From Haloarculaceae archaeon (GTDB lineage: Archaea > Halobacteriota > Halobacteria > Halobacteriales > Haloarculaceae): DNA of 32,219 bases. Positions 27,343 through 32,219 of this stretch are shown in pieces. The notes beneath the pieces were generated by a model that worked only from the letters and a program-made list of their open reading frames with translations, did not search any database and was not told the DNA's origin. The stretch is from assembly GCA_028274885.1 (NCBI GenBank), contig JAQCMX010000171.1:1-32219 (forward strand), written 5' to 3'. Each line of letters opens with the position of its first letter. Position 1 is the stretch's first letter. A program made the position numbers and the translations under genes.

Positions 27343-28288
27343 CCCTGAGATCCCGCTCGATATCACCGGCCACGAGGACCGCGAACGGCCCGGTGGCTCG
27401 ACCCCCGGATCCGGCGAGGGCGGTGTCACCGATCCCGGCACGAGCGGGCCCCGCAAGCAGCCCTCCGACCGTCCGCCGGCTACCCAGGCGGACGGTGGCT
27501 CCGGGGAGGAGGGGGTCGAGCCCGTCGAGGTACTGGTCCAACTTGCCGAGGACGGCGAGATCGAGCCCTGGGACATCGATATCGTTGCCGTGACCGACAA
27601 GTTCCTCAATAGACTCGACGCTGCCGATCTGCGCTCGTCCGGACGGGCGCTGTTTTACGCGAGCGTACTGTGCCGGATGAAAGCCAACGCGATGCTCTCG
27701 GCGGACGACGACGAAGTCGAGGACCCCGAGCCCTGGGAGTCGGCCCTGAACGCGGACGCACCAACCGGGGAGCAAAACCCGTTCGCGCCGCTAGAACAGG
27801 AGATCGAACGGCGTCTCGAGCGCAAGCGTGCGCGGGGAATGCCCCAGACGCTCGACGAACTGGTCCGTGATCTTCGCTCCGCGGAGCGGGACAACTGGTG
27901 GAAGGAGTCACGGGAATACGATACGTCGGACGAACCGTCGACGTACAGTCGCGGCACACAGGAACTGGACTATCGTAACAGCGATCAGTTCCGGATGGAC
28001 GACGAACCGACCGAAGCCCAAGTAACCGGCGACACCCACGGCGAGGACATCGACGAAATCGTCGACGATGTGTACGCCACTGTCGGGGAACACTACGACC
28101 AGGGCCGTACGGAGGTGCTCTTCCGGGAGATCGAAGACGCCGGCGGATCACGGGTGAACACATTTTTTGGCCTGCTATTTCTCTCCCACCGGGGACGGGT
28201 CCGACTCCGTCAGGACGAACTGTTCGGTGACCTCTGGGTCCAAGATCCCAACGCGTCGACAGGATCGGGCGAGGTCGTGGCTGACTGA
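27335..28288 (+). CDS. scpA: Kleisin ScpA (segregation/condensation protein A)
   Basis: PVEVLVQLAEDGEIEPWDIDIVAVTDKFL, SGRALFYASVL.RMKA, TLDELVRDL, C-terminal FFGLLFL...GRVRLRQDELFGDLWV. Overlaps smc by 8 bp, with GGAGG at 27321-27325 suggesting translational coupling. Confidence 0.93.
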   Translation: MTDPEIPLDITGHEDRERPGGSTPGSGEGGVTDPGTSGPRKQPSDRPPATQADGGSGEEGVEPVEVLVQLAEDGEIEPWDIDIVAVTDKFLNRLDAADLRSSGRALFYASVLCRMKANAMLSADDDEVEDPEPWESALNADAPTGEQNPFAPLEQEIERRLERKRARGMPQTLDELVRDLRSAERDNWWKESREYDTSDEPSTYSRGTQELDYRNSDQFRMDDEPTEAQVTGDTHGEDIDEIVDDVYATVGEHYDQGRTEVLFREIEDAGGSRVNTFFGLLFLSHRGRVRLRQDELFGDLWVQDPNASTGSGEVVAD

Positions 28289-28376
28289 GTCTCGTCCGTG
28301 ACTCGGACGCCCGCGGTCTCAGTCGCGACCCCCTCTGGACCGTCATTGCGACCGTCCTCCTGGTGAGTGTCGTGTC

Positions 28377-29423
28377 TCACTCGGGAACGAGTCCGTCTTC
28401 AGTCACACGCATGACCGCCTCGCCGTCGGGGAGGTTCGGCGCATCTTCCAGGCTGACGATCCGCTTGTTGGCCTTGGATTTGCGCAGATAGAGCCGAAAC
28501 GTCGAGGTGTGTCCGAGGATGTTGCCTCCGATGGGCTGTGTCGGGTCGCCAAAAAATGAGTCAGGGTTGGCCGAAACCTGATTCGTGACGATAACAGCGG
28601 TGTTGTTCAGATCGCCCACACGCATCAGATCGTGGAGATGTTTGTTGAGTTTCTGCTGGCGTTCGGCGAGTTCGCCACGCCCGACGTACTCGGCACGGAA
28701 ATGAGCCGTCAGCGAGTCCACACAGAGGAGACGCACCGGAAACTGTTCGTCCTGGCTCTCGCCTGCGATCTCCTGGGCCTTTTCGGCGAGGAGGATCTGG
28801 TGGTTGGAATTGAACGCCTTGGCGACGTGGATCTTGTCCAGAATCGACTCTAGCAGGTCCTCGATCAGTTCCTCCTCGTTCGGGTCTGCATCCTCTTTGG
28901 CTGCCACGTCGTGCAGTACCATCGCCGCCTCGGTTGCCTCGTCGGACAACCCACGGACCATATCCTCTATACGCTCGGGACGGAACGTATCCTCGGAGTC
29001 GACGAAGATGGCACTCCCCTCCAATCCGCCGTGCTCGTGGGGCAACTGGACGTTGACCGCGAGTTGATGGGTCACCTGTGACTTGCCGGAGCCGAACTCG
29101 CCGTATACCTCGGTAATAGACTGGGTCTCGACGCCTCCGCCGAGTAATTCGTCGATTTCCTCGACCCCCCAGGTGAGTTTGCCGATCTGTTCACGCCGTT
29201 CGAGCACTGTCGCACCGCTCTCGAAGCCGCCGATATCCGCCGCCTCGCGCGCCGCGCTGATGATGTCGGCTGCGCTCGACTCGCCGATGTCGGCGGTGTT
29301 AGATAGCTCGCCCGGACTCGCGACTGCGATCCCCTGGTAGTTATCGAACCCGTTGTCCTTGAGTTTCTCTGCTGTCGCCGGACCGACGCCCGGCAGGTCT
29401 TGGAGGTCTTCACCTGTCGACAT
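28377..29423 (-). CDS. radA: DNA repair and recombination protein RadA
   Basis: N-terminal Hh[13 protein letters not shown], Walker [18 protein letters not shown], Walker [32 protein letters not shown]. No intein. Confidence 0.98.
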   Translation of the reverse strand: MSTGEDLQDLPGVGPATAEKLKDNGFDNYQGIAVASPGELSNTADIGESSAADIISAAREAADIGGFESGATVLERREQIGKLTWGVEEIDELLGGGVETQSITEVYGEFGSGKSQVTHQLAVNVQLPHEHGGLEGSAIFVDSEDTFRPERIEDMVRGLSDEATEAAMVLHDVAAKEDADPNEEELIEDLLESILDKIHVAKAFNSNHQILLAEKAQEIAGESQDEQFPVRLLCVDSLTAHFRAEYVGRGELAERQQKLNKHLHDLMRVGDLNNTAVIVTNQVSANPDSFFGDPTQPIGGNILGHTSTFRLYLRKSKANKRIVSLEDAPNLPDGEAVMRVTEDGLVPE

Positions 29424-29445
29424 AGTCGGCGATTGTGCCCCCTCG

Positions 29446-29482
29446 TACATAAAGCCACGTTAACAGCATACTGAAAGTGAAA
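29446..29482 (-). promoter_or_regulatory. radA promoter: TTTCACTTTCA motif plus TATA
   Basis: Plus-strand TGAAAGTGAAA at 29472-29482 reads TTTCACTTTCA on the radA strand, about 50 nt upstream of the ATG. TATA TTTATGTA at 29453-29446. Confidence 0.8.
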
Positions 29483-29643
29483 TCGAGGGAGGGCAAACGC
29501 TGGGTTGGCCCCTCACGGCAAACGTTCATTACACGGGACAACACGGCCCTCGCCCGCCGGCCGATCCGCATGGGGTGGTATCCCCTGGAGGCGTCAGTGT
29601 CGAACAGGAAACTTACAAATGGTGGTCCCATATTAGTGTAACG

Positions 29644-30798
29644 ATGAGTCGTTCCGAAGCCTTCTGTCCGCGGTGTGGCGATCCGGTTGCACACCTCCGC
29701 GAGTCGCCGGGTGCAACCGACCGTGACCGGGCGCTCTGTGACAGCTGTTATGTCGCGGAATACGATCTCGTGGAAGCACCGGACCGCATTCAGGTGCGCG
29801 TCTGTTCGGGCTGTGGGGCGACTCACCGCGGCAACCGTTGGGTCGACGTCGGTGCCGAGGACTACACCGACGTCGCAATCGAGGCGGTGACCGACGCACT
29901 TTCCGTCCACGTCGATGCCAGCAGTATCTCCTGGCAGGTCACGCCCGAACGGGTCGACAAGAACACCATCCGGATGCACTGTCAGTTCTCGGGCCTGTTA
30001 CGGGAGACGCCACTGGCCGAGGAGGTCGTGGTTCCGGTCAAAGTCAGTCGCCAGACGTGCGACCGCTGTGGACGGATCGCGGGTGGATCCTACGCCAGCA
30101 CCGTCCAGGTTCGAGCGAGCGACCGCACCCCCGACGAGGCTGAATGCCGGCGCGCCGACGAACTCGCCCGGGAACTCGTCGCCAAAACGGAGGCAAAAGG
30201 TGATCGGGAAGCGTTTCTCACGGAAACGCGTGAGACCGAGGGTGGTATGGACATCCGCCTGTCGACCACCCGGTTGGGCGAGCAGGTCGCCCGCCAGATT
30301 GTCCGCGAACTCGGGGGGACATACACCGACCACGAGACGCTGTTGACCGAAGATTCGGACGGCAACGAGGTGTACCGCGTGACCTATGCCGTCCGTCTCC
30401 CACCGTACCGTCCCGGCGAGATCATCGTCCCGGCGGATACGGACGGACCGGTTCTGGTCCGCAGCGTTCGGGGGAATTTGAAAGGAACGCGACTCCGGAG
30501 TGGCAAACCGTACGAGACATCCTTCGAGGACGGCGATGCACCCGACGCGCGCCGCGTGGGGTGGTGTACGGAGAGCCAGGAGACAGCTCTCGTCGCCGTC
30601 GAAGACGACCACGCCGTCCAGGTACTCGACCCCGAGACCTACGAAACAAAAAGTGTTGCCCGCCCCGACTATCTCGACCCCGATGTGGCCACCGTCGAGG
30701 TGATCCGGAGTCACACTGGTCTGTACGTGCTTCCAGACGACTCTTTGGACGGGTCTCGTCCGAACCGGACGGGAAACGATCGGCACAATCAGGGGTAA
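29644..30798 (+). CDS. nmd3: NMD3-family ribosome-associated protein
   Basis: Four Cys pairs (FCPRCG, LCDSC, VCSGCG, TCDRCG), GGSYASTVQVR, and YRVTYAVRLP. CTTACAAA about 25-32 nt upstream. Confidence 0.88.
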   Translation: MSRSEAFCPRCGDPVAHLRESPGATDRDRALCDSCYVAEYDLVEAPDRIQVRVCSGCGATHRGNRWVDVGAEDYTDVAIEAVTDALSVHVDASSISWQVTPERVDKNTIRMHCQFSGLLRETPLAEEVVVPVKVSRQTCDRCGRIAGGSYASTVQVRASDRTPDEAECRRADELARELVAKTEAKGDREAFLTETRETEGGMDIRLSTTRLGEQVARQIVRELGGTYTDHETLLTEDSDGNEVYRVTYAVRLPPYRPGEIIVPADTDGPVLVRSVRGNLKGTRLRSGKPYETSFEDGDAPDARRVGWCTESQETALVAVEDDHAVQVLDPETYETKSVARPDYLDPDVATVEVIRSHTGLYVLPDDSLDGSRPNRTGNDRHNQG

Positions 30799-30920
30799 GA
30801 CGCAGGTGTCACCGACAGCGGATCGGTACCGGTCGATCGGGTCGCAGCGTCGGACCACCTGCTCGGCGAGTCCCCCACTGTGACACAACCCTTTTTTCCA
30901 ACCGGAGACTCCCAGGTGCT

Positions 30921-31934
30921 ATGAACCTGGCCTGGATGTTGGTGCTGTCGATAACGGAAAATGAGACAGCAATCGCCGAGGAGAGTCCGATTCCACGGCC
31001 GAGTTGGTTACCCGGGTGGACCCCTGGGTGGACGGTCGACATCGCCGCCTCGGTGCTGGTCGTCGTGCTCGCCTGGCTCGCGGCCCGACTGCTCGTCCGC
31101 CTTTTCAGTCGTCGACTCGCCCGACACCTGGAGCGTCCCAGCCTCACCCGTGCCTCTCTTGGCGCCGTCCGGGCCGGCGTCTACGTCTTTGCACTGCTCG
31201 TTATTCTTCGTATCAACGGACTCGATCTCGGGAACATCGCGCTTTCCGTGACTGTCTTCTCGGCTGTGGTCGGTGTCATCCTGGCACCCATCGTTGGAAG
31301 TGTTATCAGTGGGTTGTTTCTGCTCGCCGACCAGCCCTACGAGATCGGCGACATGATCGAACTCGCAGACCGCGGTCAGCGGGGGTTTGTGGACGATATT
31401 ACGCTCCGATACACGAAGATATTCACACTCGACAATACCTTTCTGGTCGTCCCAAACGGGGAAATGCGCCAGCGCGACGTGGTCAATTACTCCGCCGAGG
31501 ACACCCGCGTGCGACTCTCCGTTCAGGTACTCATAACCTACGAGAGTGACCTCGCGACAGCACGGACCCGACTCGAAGCAAGTGCCCGGAGCGTCGACCG
31601 TGTCATCTCTGGCGGGCCGAGTATCCGCGTCGGCGGCGCACGCTATCCCGCCAGTCCGCAGGCGCTGATCGAGGAGTTTGGGGACAGCGGTATCCTGTTA
31701 CGGTTGCGCTACTGGGTGCAGGAGCCGTACCGGATACAGATCGTCCAGTCGAAGGTCCAGGAGAACGTCTGGAATGCCTTCGAAGGCGAGGATATCGAGT
31801 TCGCGTACCCCCACAGACACCACGTCTTCGACGATACCAGTGGGGAGTTACAACTCTCGGCGGATCGAGCGCAGAGTCGCCCGTCCGTGGAGACGGAAAC
31901 CGGCCCTCCTGTCGACAACGGGGACGCCCGATAG
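30921..31934 (+). CDS. mscS: Small-conductance mechanosensitive channel (MscS family)
   Basis: Three TM helices, ISGLFLLADQPYEIGDMIE, GFVDDITLRYTKI.TLDN..LVVPN, IEFAYPHR. Start 30921 or 30936. Confidence 0.9.
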   Translation: MNLAWMLVLSITENETAIAEESPIPRPSWLPGWTPGWTVDIAASVLVVVLAWLAARLLVRLFSRRLARHLERPSLTRASLGAVRAGVYVFALLVILRINGLDLGNIALSVTVFSAVVGVILAPIVGSVISGLFLLADQPYEIGDMIELADRGQRGFVDDITLRYTKIFTLDNTFLVVPNGEMRQRDVVNYSAEDTRVRLSVQVLITYESDLATARTRLEASARSVDRVISGGPSIRVGGARYPASPQALIEEFGDSGILLRLRYWVQEPYRIQIVQSKVQENVWNAFEGEDIEFAYPHRHHVFDDTSGELQLSADRAQSRPSVETETGPPVDNGDAR

Positions 31935-31982
31935 ATACCAGCAACTGTGACTCCGGTCTCGGGAACAGTACGTGTGCCGTGG

Positions 31983-32219
31983 TCAGTGTCTGGGGGCAGA
32001 CACAGTCACGACCTTGCAGTCGAGTTTCTCGTCCAGAAAGCGTTCAATGTCGGGATCGTCCATGAGTCGCCTGATCATCTTGCGCCATCGGCTGACCTGT
32101 TTCTTTCCGATGACGACGACGTCGACCTCCTCGGTGGCGACCTCTTCGAGGATTGACTCCTCGACGAGTAGCCCCTGTCTGACCGAGTATCTGGCTCGCG
32201 GAATCCGCCCGAACGCCTC
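31983..32219 (-). CDS. Universal stress protein-like, 3' part only (cut by the window edge)
   Basis: Hand translation: ...EAFGRIPRARYSVRQGLLVEESILEEVATEEVDVVVIGKKQVSRWRKMIRRLMDDPDIERFLDEKLDCKVVTVSAPRH*. This fits the USP pattern G...E.IL......D.VVIG...C.V.TV. Not in the ORF track. Confidence 0.75.
   Translation of the reverse strand, partial: EAFGRIPRARYSVRQGLLVEESILEEVATEEVDVVVIGKKQVSRWRKMIRRLMDDPDIERFLDEKLDCKVVTVSAPRH

Noticed and set aside
28840-28960. Acidic insertion in RadA as a possible intein or novelty
   Set aside because: Too short and lacking intein terminal motifs. An acidic insert at this position is usual in haloarchaeal RadA.
29483-29610. Possible tRNA or ncRNA in the radA-nmd3 intergenic region
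   Set aside because: No cloverleaf or T-loop (GTTCGA) pattern, only short GC stems. The region is accounted for by two divergent promoters.
32090-32115. Apparent frameshift in the USP-like gene
   Set aside because: Re-reading gives ATC GGA AAG AAA CAG GTC in frame, so the gene is intact to its stop at 31983.

Overview
A GC-rich haloarchaeal (class Halobacteria) core-chromosome segment. The assignment rests on very acidic proteins, archaeal-type genes (TFB, RadA, type II GAPDH, pantoate kinase/phosphopantothenate synthetase, DHQ synthase II, NMD3) and TATA boxes about 25-30 nt before many start codons, which implies leaderless mRNAs. About 29 coding regions, in order: pok-pps (CoA synthesis), orphan cheC, a macrodomain protein divergent from a pseudo-REC/GAF/4xPAS histidine kinase, gap, a small acidic protein, a phasin-like protein, a COG1031-type radical SAM-HhH protein, a 57-aa membrane protein missed by the ORF track, a DUF4203-like membrane protein, tfb, a sensor-less transducer, aroD, a Zn-ribbon membrane protein, aroB', a possibly degenerate RHH-like ORF, a membrane-anchored ArsR-type regulator, a SHOCT protein, an SDR, topA, gatB, a small coiled-coil gene-smc-scpA operon with no scpB, radA, nmd3, mscS and a truncated USP-like gene. 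I saw no tRNA, rRNA, CRISPR array or transposase, and no large, obviously new gene system. The best leads are small: (i) a coiled-coil microprotein heading a kite-less smc-scpA operon, (ii) a membrane-tethered ArsR regulator whose promoter is bracketed by two palindromes, (iii) a helically phased triple repeat at the phasin-like promoter, (iv) a hairpin filling most of the tfb 5' leader, (v) a 110-bp MITE-like element, (vi) an exact TTTCACTTTCA DNA-damage motif upstream of radA. Family assignments come from motif recognition by eye, not database searches.
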